64,000 nt of DNA from contig DASYKK010000017.1 in assembly GCA_035995565.1 (NCBI GenBank), positions 2,286 to 66,285 on the forward strand. Direction: 5' to 3'. The notes beneath the pieces were generated by a model. That model was not told the origin of the DNA and ran no database searches. It saw only the letters and a list, made by a program, of their open reading frames with translations. The translations under genes were made by a program, and so were the position numbers. Positions 33,872 through 45,000 of this stretch are shown piece by piece. Source of the stretch: Candidatus Angelobacter sp. GTDB lineage: Bacteria > Acidobacteriota > Terriglobia > Terriglobales > Acidobacteriaceae. Position 1 is the stretch's first letter, and the number at the start of each line of letters is the position of its first letter.

Positions 33872-35659
33872 ATGCGGCTTCTTTACTCTTATTTGCGCAG
33901 GTACTGGGGGTGGGTATATCTCGCTCTTCTGCTCGCAACCATCAGCCAGATGTTCCTGCTTATAGACCCGTTGATTCTCCGTTATTTAGTTGATAAATAT
34001 GCTATTCGGTACTCACAATACACCCGTGAGCAGTTCGTCTACGGAGTGGGGTTTTTACTATTAGCTGCCGTCGGTGCGACTCTCGTCGGGAGGATGGCCA
34101 AATCTGTTCAAGACTATGTGGTCAACATCATCAGCGTCCGCTTGGGGTCAAATCTGTACTCCGATGGGATCCGACATTCACTTGAGCTGCCGTACTCGGT
34201 GTTCGAGGACCAGAGAAGTGGAGAGACGCTGGCCAAGCTCCAGAGAGCGCGTACTGACGTTGAGAAGTTCGTGCCGTGTGTCATAAGCACATTGTTCAGT
34301 GCGCTATTCGGTCTAGCGTTCGTGACGGTATACGCTTTTACATTGCACTGGGTATTAGCCGTGAGCTTTTTTGTCAGCATGGCGCTGACTAGCGTTCTGA
34401 GCTACCGGCTTTCGCTCAGAATTAGGAATCTCCAAAAAGTTATCACTGCAAAAACCGTGCATCTTGCCGGCTCAACTACGGAATCGCTACGTAACATCAA
34501 AATTGTTAAATGTTTGGGACTCGGCCGCCAGGAGATTGAGCGACTCAACGCAGAGACCGAGAACATCGTCGGCCTGGAACTTAGGAAGCTTCGCACATTA
34601 AGACTGGTGACATTTGTGCAAGTAATGTGCTTTGTCAGCCTTAGGGCTGCGCTCACGTTCGTGATGGTGTATTTCGTCTACACCGGCCAGATTACAGTGG
34701 GGCAGTGGCTATCTCTTTCATTTTACTGGGCCTACATTTTCGGACCCTTGCAGGATCTCGGTACCGCGTTCAATACCTTCCGTGAGACGGAGGCGTCGCT
34801 CGATAGCTTCAGTGCGATCCTGTTGACACCGACAGAGACAACACCGGCTAGTCCCGTGCTGCTTGGCCTACTCGACTCCTTAGCATTTGAGGACGTGAAT
34901 TTCAGCTATCAAACGAGTCCGGCTCTCTCCGGGGTTTGCTTTAGCGTAGCCCGTGGCGAAACCATCGCATTTGTTGGACCGTCAGGATCGGGCAAGTCCA
35001 CGCTCGTCAACTTGATAGTCGGCGTGTATTCGCCTCAGTGCGGACGCGTTCTCTACAATCGCACTTCATGCACGGATATTGATCTGAAGGACTTAAGGGC
35101 TCAGATCGGCTTCGTTCCGCAGGACACGGAGCTGTTCTCCGGATCCATCCGCTATAACCTGCTGTTCGCCTGTCCATGCGCAACCGATGACGAGTGCGTG
35201 GTAGTGCTAAAGCAAGCAGCCTGCGACGACCTGTTGCGCAGGGGTGATCGCGGTCTCGATACCCTGATTGGCGAAGGTGGTATGAAGCTCTCCGGCGGAG
35301 AGAAGCAGCGGCTGTCAATTGCCCGGGCGCTGCTGCGTCGTCCACGACTGTTAGTATTCGATGAGGCCACTTCGTCTCTTGATTCGATCACGGAGGTAGA
35401 GGTCACCGCGACTATCCGCGCGTTGGCGTCTCGCGACGTAATCACAATTTTGGTCGCACATCGCCTGTCAACGGTGATGCATGCAGACAGGATCTACGTT
35501 CTGGAGCGCGGTCAGATTGTTGATATCGGCAGCCACCTGGATCTTCTTGAGAGAAAAGGTCTCTACTATGCAATGTGGCGCCAGCAAGTCGACCAGCGCC
35601 TAGACCATCACGACGTCCACGGCAGCGCCAAGCTGCGTATTCCCGCGCTCGATTGCTGA
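33872..35659 (+). CDS. ABC exporter, fused TMD-NBD half transporter
   Basis: Six-TM N-terminal half. Walker A GPSGSGKST, signature LSGGEKQRLSIARALL, Walker B LLVFDEATSSLD, H-loop VAHRLST. The ORF is open from TTG 33848. Confidence 0.9.
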   Translation: MRLLYSYLRRYWGWVYLALLLATISQMFLLIDPLILRYLVDKYAIRYSQYTREQFVYGVGFLLLAAVGATLVGRMAKSVQDYVVNIISVRLGSNLYSDGIRHSLELPYSVFEDQRSGETLAKLQRARTDVEKFVPCVISTLFSALFGLAFVTVYAFTLHWVLAVSFFVSMALTSVLSYRLSLRIRNLQKVITAKTVHLAGSTTESLRNIKIVKCLGLGRQEIERLNAETENIVGLELRKLRTLRLVTFVQVMCFVSLRAALTFVMVYFVYTGQITVGQWLSLSFYWAYIFGPLQDLGTAFNTFRETEASLDSFSAILLTPTETTPASPVLLGLLDSLAFEDVNFSYQTSPALSGVCFSVARGETIAFVGPSGSGKSTLVNLIVGVYSPQCGRVLYNRTSCTDIDLKDLRAQIGFVPQDTELFSGSIRYNLLFACPCATDDECVVVLKQAACDDLLRRGDRGLDTLIGEGGMKLSGGEKQRLSIARALLRRPRLLVFDEATSSLDSITEVEVTATIRALASRDVITILVAHRLSTVMHADRIYVLERGQIVDIGSHLDLLERKGLYYAMWRQQVDQRLDHHDVHGSAKLRIPALDC

Positions 35660-35707
35660 ATCTCGCGAACCGCTGAATGCTTCTGGGCTCTGCCTTATTT
35701 TCTTATC

Positions 35708-38700
35708 ATGCTGGAACTACTTAATCGCTACTCTCACGGCTTAGCCGCGATCCCGATCATACATGCGCTCAAGCAGCGCGGATGTCTTGCGTGGATAGAG
35801 GCAGCGGGCCCGTTTTGCTCGGAGCAACTGGAGATCGAGTTCTCAGGTAATCGAGGATACGTCGAGGTGGCGCTTCGGATGTTGACCTGCCTTGGTTGGC
35901 TTCGTTGCCCGTCGGCTGGGCGATACGAAGCCACAGCGGAACTCGCGCGCTATCGCGAGGTACCAGACAGAATCCTGGAGCTTTATCGTTTTCCCTTCCA
36001 CCAATATGTAGAGCGGTCCAGCGGGGAGTCTCTCGCTTTTTGGCTCAAGCTGTCAGCACGGCGGTGGAATATTGATCACGCAGTTCTTCCGGATTACCTG
36101 GACGGCCTGTTGATCATTCCATTGTTGTTGGAACTTAAGGCACAGCGAAGATTGGATGTCATCGTGGAGACGGGTGCGCTGGATGCCATTGCGACGTTAT
36201 GCCTACGCCTTGATCAGCCAGTTCGGCGCGAGGTTGAACGGCTATTCGTGAGTAGAAAATGGGCTTCCGCGCGCTCTCTGCGACTCAATCGCGTCGGCCG
36301 GTTCATCATCGACAGAATCCATATCACCGCCGCCTTGGCATCCTACAGACCTATGTTTTCATGCGTCGAAGATCTCCTGTTCGGGGATCATGCTCGAGTA
36401 TTCGCCCCGGATTTGGCCAACCGCGAAACACACGTCGACCGTACGTTGAATGTGCGCGGGAGTGGTTTTCAGCATGAGAAGTACTTCTCGGCGCTCTGTG
36501 ATCTGGTGGTCCAGGTATTCGATCATGGGGCCTATGCCTCGCAACCGAAATACATCGTGGATATGGGTTGCGGCGACGGCTCAATGCTACGCAGAATATA
36601 CGAGACTGTGCGCGACCGCACCCGTCGGGGACAGGTGCTTGAACAACACCCGCTGATTCTGATTGCGGTCGATTTCAACGACGAAGCTCTCTTCGCTGCC
36701 TCCCAAACGCTCGATGGTATTGATCACATCACTTTCAAGGGTGACATCGGAGATCCGGCCGGTCTTATGCAAAGCCTGCGAGAGCGCGGGATCGACGACG
36801 CAGGCCGCGTACTGCACGTAAGGGCGTTTATGGACCACAATCGTCGGTATGTGGTTCCTGAAACCCACGATGCGGCCCAGCGCCGCCCACGATTCGGCGG
36901 CAGTTGCATCTACGTCGATGTCAATGGATCTTCCATCCCGGCTGGCGACCTGATACAGAGCACGATCGAGCATTTGCAGCGGTGGGCAAAAATCCTTAAC
37001 GAGCATGGGATGCTAGCCCTAGAAGTGCATTGCCTCTCGGCCCAAGCTACCGCAACATACCTGGACGAAAGCGAAAGCTTTCATTTCGACACCTATCACT
37101 CTCTATCCCATCAATATCCACTTGAGGCGGAGACATTTCTTGCTTGCGCTGCTGAAGCCGGGCTGTTCTGCCGCAAAGGACATTGCGTCGGTTTTCCGGC
37201 GAAGCTGGAGTTTACACGCATCACTCTTAGTCATTTTGAAAAACGGCCGTACACAGTTAGACATGCCTGTGCTGCGGATCTCATGGCGTTGACTGACCTA
37301 GACTGTGCTTCTCGTGCGTCACCACCGGTTCCCGCACAAGACCCAGTTCGTTGGTTAGAGACTCAGTTGCGCGAGTTTTCCGAAGGGCAGTTTGTGCTTG
37401 TAATGGAGGGGCAAATCGTCGCCGCGATTTGCTGCCTCAGGGCCAACTCTCCCGGGTCCGTCTCTGTAGGGGCAACATTTGGAGATCAAAGCTATGTAAC
37501 GGATCTGCTGCAGTTCGTCGAGCAGTACTGGGCAGTCAAGAAGATCTCGGTCGCCGGGATTGAAGATTGTCTGGCAGAAGTCAGGGCCCTCCCCGCCAGG
37601 CATGCCGTCGCTCCTGCCGTTGCACGGGACGTAACGACGCTGGTAGCCAAATATCCATTCGCGGCAGAGAACGACCCTCGTGACGGGGAACGCGAGCTGG
37701 GTATCTTTGCTCTCCGGTGGGTCGTTGCGCACCTCCAGAGAATGGGTGCCCTGCGCCAACCCGAAGAAGTGTATCAACTTAGAGACCTGAAGCAGTTATT
37801 GAGGATAGCGCCCAAATACGATCGCTACTTTGAAGCTCTCCTGCGCAGATTCGACCGAGAAGGCCTGGTGAGGCTGAAAGATCTACGCGTGGAGACCACA
37901 ACCCTCGTCCGCGAATATGCACTGCAATCTGTGCCGGACCAGGTGGCGGATTTCAAGGAAAATTTTCAGCAGCGTCATCCAGCCTGCGCCAGCCATCTAA
38001 ACCTCACCGCATGCTGTCTTGCCAGATATGAGGAGATCCTCACCGGTGCGATCGATGTCACCAACGTTCTGTTCGAAGACGCCAATATGGATGTTTTCAA
38101 GAACGTATTTTGCGGCGATGCCGTTTCGGATTATTTCAACCGGATTGTCGCCGACGCTGTGAACTGCACGATTCTCCGGCTGCAACCATTACCTACGAAG
38201 GTCCGTATTCTCGAAATCGGGGCCGGTACTGGCGGTGCGACCATCGGGATCCTGGAAGTGCTGGAGTCATTCGCGGGACTCGTTGAATTCTGCTTCAGCG
38301 ATGTTTCATTGGCTTTCACACGGCATGCAAAGGATCGGTTCGCCGACCGGTACCCATGGATTGATTACCGGTCCCTGGATATCGAGCAGGATTTGTCACG
38401 GCAGGGATTCGGGGATCACACTTTCGATATCATCGTCGCTTCGAATGTGTTACATGACACGCATGACATCGAAGTTACACTTCAGCAAACACGCAGGTTG
38501 CTGAGGGCAGGCGGGCTACTCATAATGAATGAGTATACGTCTGTAAAAGATTGCCTATCCTTTAGTGGCGCCTTGCTGCACGGATGGTGGCTCTTTAGGG
38601 ATCCCCAACGACGGCTGAGCGACAGCTGCCTGCTTAGCGTGCCCCAGTGGCGCAGCGCCCTGGAACATACCGGCTTCGAGCTACTTCAAGCGTTCGCTCT

Positions 38701-39075
38701 GCCGACGCAGAGCCCTAACTCAGAGTGCAGCCAGAGCGTTATGCTTTGCGAAGCCACAGAACGGCCGAATATCCAACATGTGCAGAACGATGTGCAGAAC
38801 GACGGGAGCAATGTGGCCAAGACTGTTATCGAAGGTGCTCGCAGCACTAGGAAGCATGGAATTGTAGGAGACTTTGTCGAGCAAGACATTCTGGTGATCC
38901 TTGGCCCTGAGCGTGCCAAAGGTTATCTGACACACCGCCCTGTAATGGAACTGGGGCTGGATTCCATCGAGTTGGTTGAGTTGCGACAGCTCTTGGAAAA
39001 ACGGTTCTCCGTAAAGCTGTCTCCGTCTTTTCTGTTCGAATATGAGACACACGAAAAGATGGTCGAGGCTTTGGT
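35708..39075 (+). other. loading module MT1 - truncated GNAT - MT2 - ACP (AprA-like order)
   Basis: See the motifs above. The GNAT-like segment (~aa 515-620) shows the N-terminal strands (YTVRHACAADLMALTDLD, FVLVMEGQIVAAICC). I cannot find a Q/RxxGxG/A acyl-CoA-binding motif in it. Confidence 0.6.
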
Positions 39076-42000
39076 GCCATTGGTGTCCGAGGAGAAGCTC
39101 CGGGATCGGTCGGCGCTGAAGCTCTTGGATCAGGCTGACCATGAATCGGATTCCGGAGAGAACAATCAAGAAGCCGCGTCGGTTCGCCCTCGCTTAGAGA
39201 AGGAGCCGATTGCGATCATCGGGGTCGCATGCCGCTTCCCAGGCGGCGCAACGTCACCCGATAAATTGTGGACACTTTTGGAGCGTGGCGCGCACGGAAT
39301 CGTTCCCATGCCTCCAAACCGATGGGAATGGCCGGCCTTTGTGGATGTTAACGAAAAGCATAAAGGCATTGATCGCGGCGGGTTCTTGGCGCGAATAGAT
39401 GAGTTTGATGCATCCTTCTTCCGCACCTCTCCAAGGGAAGCCGAATTGATGGACCCGCAGCAGCGGCTATTGCTTGAACTGAGCTGGGAGGCGCTGGAGG
39501 ATGCAGGGCATCAGCCAGCGGAGTTATCGGGCCGTGAAGTCGGCGTTTTTGTTGGCGCATGCCACTTTGATTATCGCGACGTTCTCGTCGCGAGTTCCGC
39601 GGTAGCCGACGCTTATATCGGATCCGGCAGCGCGCAGTCGATGCTCGCCAATCGTCTTTCGTATTTCTATGATTTAAAGGGTCCCAGCCTATGCATTGAC
39701 ACCGCCTGCTCAAGCTCTCTCGTTGCTTTGCACGAGGCGGTGTGCGCGATAAGACGTGGAGACTGCGAACAGGCGATTGTAGGCGGAGTCAACCTACTCT
39801 GCAGCCCGACCAACAGCGTTGCGTATTACTTGGGAGGCATGTTGTCACCCACTGGCGAATGTCGGGCCTTTGATGCGGCTGCCAATGGCTTCGTACGGGG
39901 AGAAGGTGGGGCCGTGTTGTTGCTGAAACCTCTGTACGCCGCGTTGGCAGACCGCGATGCGATATACGGCTTGATAAAGGGAGCTGCCGTGAACCATGGC
40001 GGCCAGGCAGCCTCGCTCACAGCCCCGAAACCGGATGCGCAGGCTGCCGTAATCGAAGCCGCCTGGTTGGATGCTGGTGTCCCAGCCGAGTCAGTGGGTT
40101 ATATCGAGACCCACGGTACTGGCACGCGCCTCGGCGATCCCGTCGAGATCAGCGGCTTGACTGAAGCGTTTCGTCGGTTGTACAACGCGCAAGGCTCGAG
40201 TTGGCCGGTAATGCCGCGCTGCGCAGTTGGATCGGTGAAGACCAACCTCGGACATCTTGAAGGTGCGGCGGGGCTTGCGGGTCTGATTAAAGTGCTGATG
40301 TCCATGCGACGTGGTCTGCTTCTCGCTACTGTTAATTTCGAACGCCTGAATCCCGAAATCGACTTGAAGGCCAGTCCGCTTTTTATCGTCGAGCGCAACC
40401 AGGTCTGGCATCCTTACTGTGACGCGCACGGCAATGAGCTGCCACGTCGAGCCGGTGTGAGCTCCTTCGGCTTTGGAGGAGCCAATGCGCATATTGTCGT
40501 CGAGGAGTACCGCGGTATTGCCCAGGAGTTCAGCGCTACCGATGCTGGACCATGGCTGATTGTTTTATCGGCGCGGAGTCAAGCGCAACTGGTCGCGCAG
40601 GCGGGCAGACTGGCAGATTTTATGGAGCGGGCCAACCCGAGCCTCCGAGAGGTGGCATACACCTTGCAGGTAGGACGAACGGCTATGCGGGAGCGTTTGG
40701 CGTTCATCGTAAAGAGCAACAAAGCGCTCATCTTCGCGCTGCGTAGCTACGTCACAGGCGAGCCGACCACCCTCGAGCATTTCCATTCAGGCACCGTGGA
40801 AGACCGCCTGGATCACGCACTCGCGGACACAGCGAAACAGGCGATCAATACATATATCTCTAGCAAAGACCTGCTGAATCTCTCCTCACTCTGGGTCAAG
40901 GGAGTGGAGATCGATTGGGAGCGTCTGTACGGGGAATCGAAACCCCGGCGCCTGAGCCTGCCAACTTATCCTTTTGCGCGGGAGCGTTATTGGCCTGACG
41001 CGCCTGAAGAGACGCAGGTGGTCGGTGGCGTGGCACGGCTGCATGCAGTGGTTCACCAGAACACGTCGGATCTTGAAGAGCAGCGGTACAGCACAACGTT
41101 TACCGGTCAGGAGTTTTTCCTGGGGGATCACCGAATCGCGGGGCAGCGGTTGCTGCCGGCGGTGGTGTATCTGGAGATGGTGCGCGAGGCCGTCACTCGG
41201 GCGAGGCAGAAGTCGTGGGAAAGAGAGGGCGAACGCGGGGCCGGCACGTTGAGGCTGATGGATGTGACCTGGTTACGCCCGCTGATGGTTCGAGAGGCCC
41301 CTGTCGAAGTGCATATTGGCCTGTATCCGGAGCGAGACGGAATCGCATTTGAGATTTACAGCGGGTCCGTGCGAGGTGAGGGAGGAGAAGTCGTCTACGC
41401 GAAGGGTGTTGCGGTTATGGGGGCAGAGGCTGCGGCTCCGCGATTGGATGTGGGGGCAATCAAGGCGCGATGTCAGGCGGGAAGCTATGAGGCAGCGAGT
41501 TGTTACGCTGTATTGGATGAGCAGGGAATCGTGTACGGAAAGAGTCATCGGGGCATTGAGGCTCTGTATGTAGGCTTGAACGAAGCGGTGGCGAAGTTGA
41601 GGCTGCCTTCGTCAGTATGGGCGAGTCGTGGTGATTTTGTGCTGCACCCCAGCTTGATGGATTCGTCGTTGCAGGCGACCATCGGATTCAGTCTGACCGG
41701 GGGAGAGGGAGCGGGGGCGAGGAAACGAGCGCTGCCCTTTGCGCTAAGGACTGCGGAGATTCATGGCGCTTGCACAGAGAAGATGTGGGCGGTAGTGCGG
41801 CGGGAAGAGGCAGGAGCAGACCGGAAGGGAATCAGCCGTTACGACATCGATTTGTGCGACGAGGAAGGGTGGGTGTGTGTGCGGCTGAAAGGTCTGGCCA
41901 CGCGGGTGTCCGGCGGGAGCGAGGAATCGGCTTCACGTGCGGCGGGCGAGGTGTCGAGTGCTATTCGGCCGGTCGTTGTCGATGGTCTGCAAGCGGACGT

Positions 42001-45000
42001 GCAAGCGGAGCTGATGCGGGCGATCTCCAAACTGATGAAGTTGCAGCCGGACAAGATTCGAGCTGACGCAGAATTTAGCGGACTTGGCCTCGATTCAATC
42101 GCGCTGATCGGCTTAGCCGACCAGCTCAGCGCCGAGTACGGTATTGCGGTGAAGCCCTATGAGTTCTTCGAGAGTCCGACGCTGGAGGGATTTTCCGGGT
42201 ATCTGGTCCGGACCTGGCCCGATGTAATGGCGGCCCATTTTGCGGTACAGGCCGGCGGCCCGCCCGTGGTGGAAGCTCCGGAGGGGAAGGCGCTGGAAAA
42301 AAGAAGAGTGCGGCGTTCGCGGTTTGCTTTGGTGGGTGCGACAGGAGGTGGTGAGGCCGCGGAGGGGATTGCCATCATCGGCATGAGTGGTCGTTTTCCA
42401 ATGGCGAAAGATGTTGACGAGCTCTGGGAAAACCTGTTGAGTGGCCGGGACTGCATCGGCGAGATTCCGCCGGAGAGATGGGACTGGCGAGCGGTTTATG
42501 GAGACCCTGGGGAAGAGAATAAGACCGATATTAAGTGGGGGGGCTTCATCGCGGGGATGGACGAGTTCGACCCGCAGTTTTTCAACATCTCCACGCGCGA
42601 AGCGGAGCTGATGGATCCGCAGCAGCGGTTGCTGATGATTCATATATGGAAGGCGATTGAGGATGCAGGCTATGCGCCGTCGAAGTTGTGGGGCAGCAAC
42701 ACTGGGATTTTTGTTGGTACCGGGCTTTCCGACTATGCACGGCTGATGGCGCAAGCGAAGGTTGGCATCGAGGGCTATACGGCAATGGGGACGGTAGCCT
42801 CGGTGGGGCCGAACCGGATGAGTTACTTTCTCAACCTGCATGGTCCCAGTGAGCCGATTGAGACAACGTGTTCAAGCTCACTGGTGGCAATCCATCGCGC
42901 GGTGTCGGCGATGCGAAGCGGCCACTGCGAGATGGCGATCGTGGGGGGAGTGAACACGATCCTGACGCCGGACCTGCACATCAGCTGTACCAAGGCCGGG
43001 ATGCTGAGCGGGAGCGGACGCTGCAGGACGTTTTCCGACCGAGCGGATGGTTACGTGCGCAGCGAAGGCGTGGGCATTCTGGTGCTGAAGAGGCTGGCAG
43101 CGGCCGAGCAGGCGGGCGACCACATCTATGGTGTGATTTTGGGGAGCGCGGAAAACCACGGAGGGCGCGCGAACTCATTTACGTCGCCCAATCCACAGGC
43201 CCAGGCAGAGTTGTTGCGGAGAGCCTACACGCAGGCTGGGGTGGACCCGGCGAGCGTGAGCTACATCGAAGCCCATGGGACCGGCACACAGCTGGGCGAT
43301 CCCGTGGAAGTGGATGGACTGAAGACGGCGTTCCGGGATTTATATCAGAGCTGGGGAAGCGAGGTACAGGCGGGGCACTGCGGCCTGGGCTCGGTGAAAT
43401 CCAACATAGGGCATTTGGAATTGGCGGCGGGTGTGGCGGGAGTGATTAAGGTCCTGTTGCAGATGAAGCACAGGATTCTGGTGCCGGGCCTGCATTGCGA
43501 GACGATCAATCCGTATATACAACTCGAAGGCAGTCCTTTCTACATCGTCCGTGAGAGGACAGAGTGGAAGACTGGGCAGAACGGGGATAATGTCCACGAT
43601 CTGCCGCGCCGAGCCGGAGTGAGTTCGTTCGGCTTCGGCGGGGTGAACGCACATGTAGTGCTGGAGGAGTATGTTCCCCGTATCGAGATTCCTCGCCGGA
43701 CCGTGACGCGGGAACGCCCTGCCCTGGTGGTACTGTCGGCACGCGATGAGGTGCGGCTGCACGAGCAGGCGGAAGGTTTACAGGCCGCATTAGGACAACA
43801 GCGCTTCGATGCGGCCGACCTGATCGACATTGCGTATACCCTGCAGGTGGGTCGTAATGCGATGGAGGAACGCCTAGGGTTGCTTGTGAACTCGATCAGC
43901 GATCTGGAGCAGAAGCTGCAGGCCTTCCTTAATAATAAGGATGAGGGAAAACGGGAGGGGGTGTATCGGGGCCAGGGGGGAAAGAATCAGGATGTGCTAG
44001 GCATTCTGAGGGCAGACAGCGAATTCCATACTGTGATTGACCGATGGATCGAGCAGCATCAATCCGAGAAACTGCTGGACGTGTGGGTCAAGGGAGTGGA
44101 GATCGATTGGGAGCGTCTGTACGGGGAATCGAAACCCCGCCGCCTGAGCCTGCCAACTTATCCTTTTGCGCGCAAGCGATGCTGGCTACCGAAAAGCAAG
44201 GCAACTGGTATGCAGATCGTGCATCCGTTACTGAACCAGACAGAGGCGGGCGATTCAGGTTTTTGCTTCAGTACCGTGCTGACCGGCGCGGAGGATTTCC
44301 TTACTGATCATGTCATTCAGGGCAGGAAAGTGCTACCGGCCGTGGTCTACCTCGAAATCGCACGCGCAGCCGCCGAGCATGTCGCCTTGAGTTCGATCAG
44401 CCCAGCGGCGGGGCAACAGAGCGCCATCGCGCTGCGCAACGTTGTCTGGCTGCGGCCGTTCATTGTGGGGGCAAAACCTGCGCAGCTTCATCTTCGGTTG
44501 ACACCGAATGACACTGGCCTGGGATTTGAGATATCGAGCAACCTCGAAGGAACGGATCGCGGCGGGGTTGTTTATGCGCGTGGGCATGCCAGGGCGAGCG
44601 CGGCAGTCCCAGCGCCGGTTTTGGACATAGCTGGCTTGCACGCACAATGTGATCGGTTACACTACTCCGGAAACGATTGCTATCAGGCTCTCAGGTCTCT
44701 GGGCTTCCATTCCGGGCCGGCCCATCGGTGTATCTCCGAAATCCATGTCGGGAACGAGGAACTCCTGGCGAAGATCCAACTGCGGGCTTCGCCGGTGCAC
44801 GTATACGATGGATTCGTCCTGCACCCCGGTGTGGCCGATTCAGCGATTCAGGCGATTATCGGGTTCATGCTTGCAGACCGGCGGAGCGATGCGGAGGCAA
44901 TAAAACCAGCGTTGCCCGCAGAGCTTGACAGTGTGGAGATATTCGCGCCGTGTGCTTTGGCGATGTGGGCCCTGATTCGCAGGGACAAGGATAAATTCGA

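Noticed and set aside
39202-44200. Calling the cluster a bona fide trans-AT PKS
   Set aside because: No free-standing AT gene is present in the window, and one cis-AT module exists. The post-KS linker motifs are suggestive only. The call is kept as a hypothesis, not an annotation.
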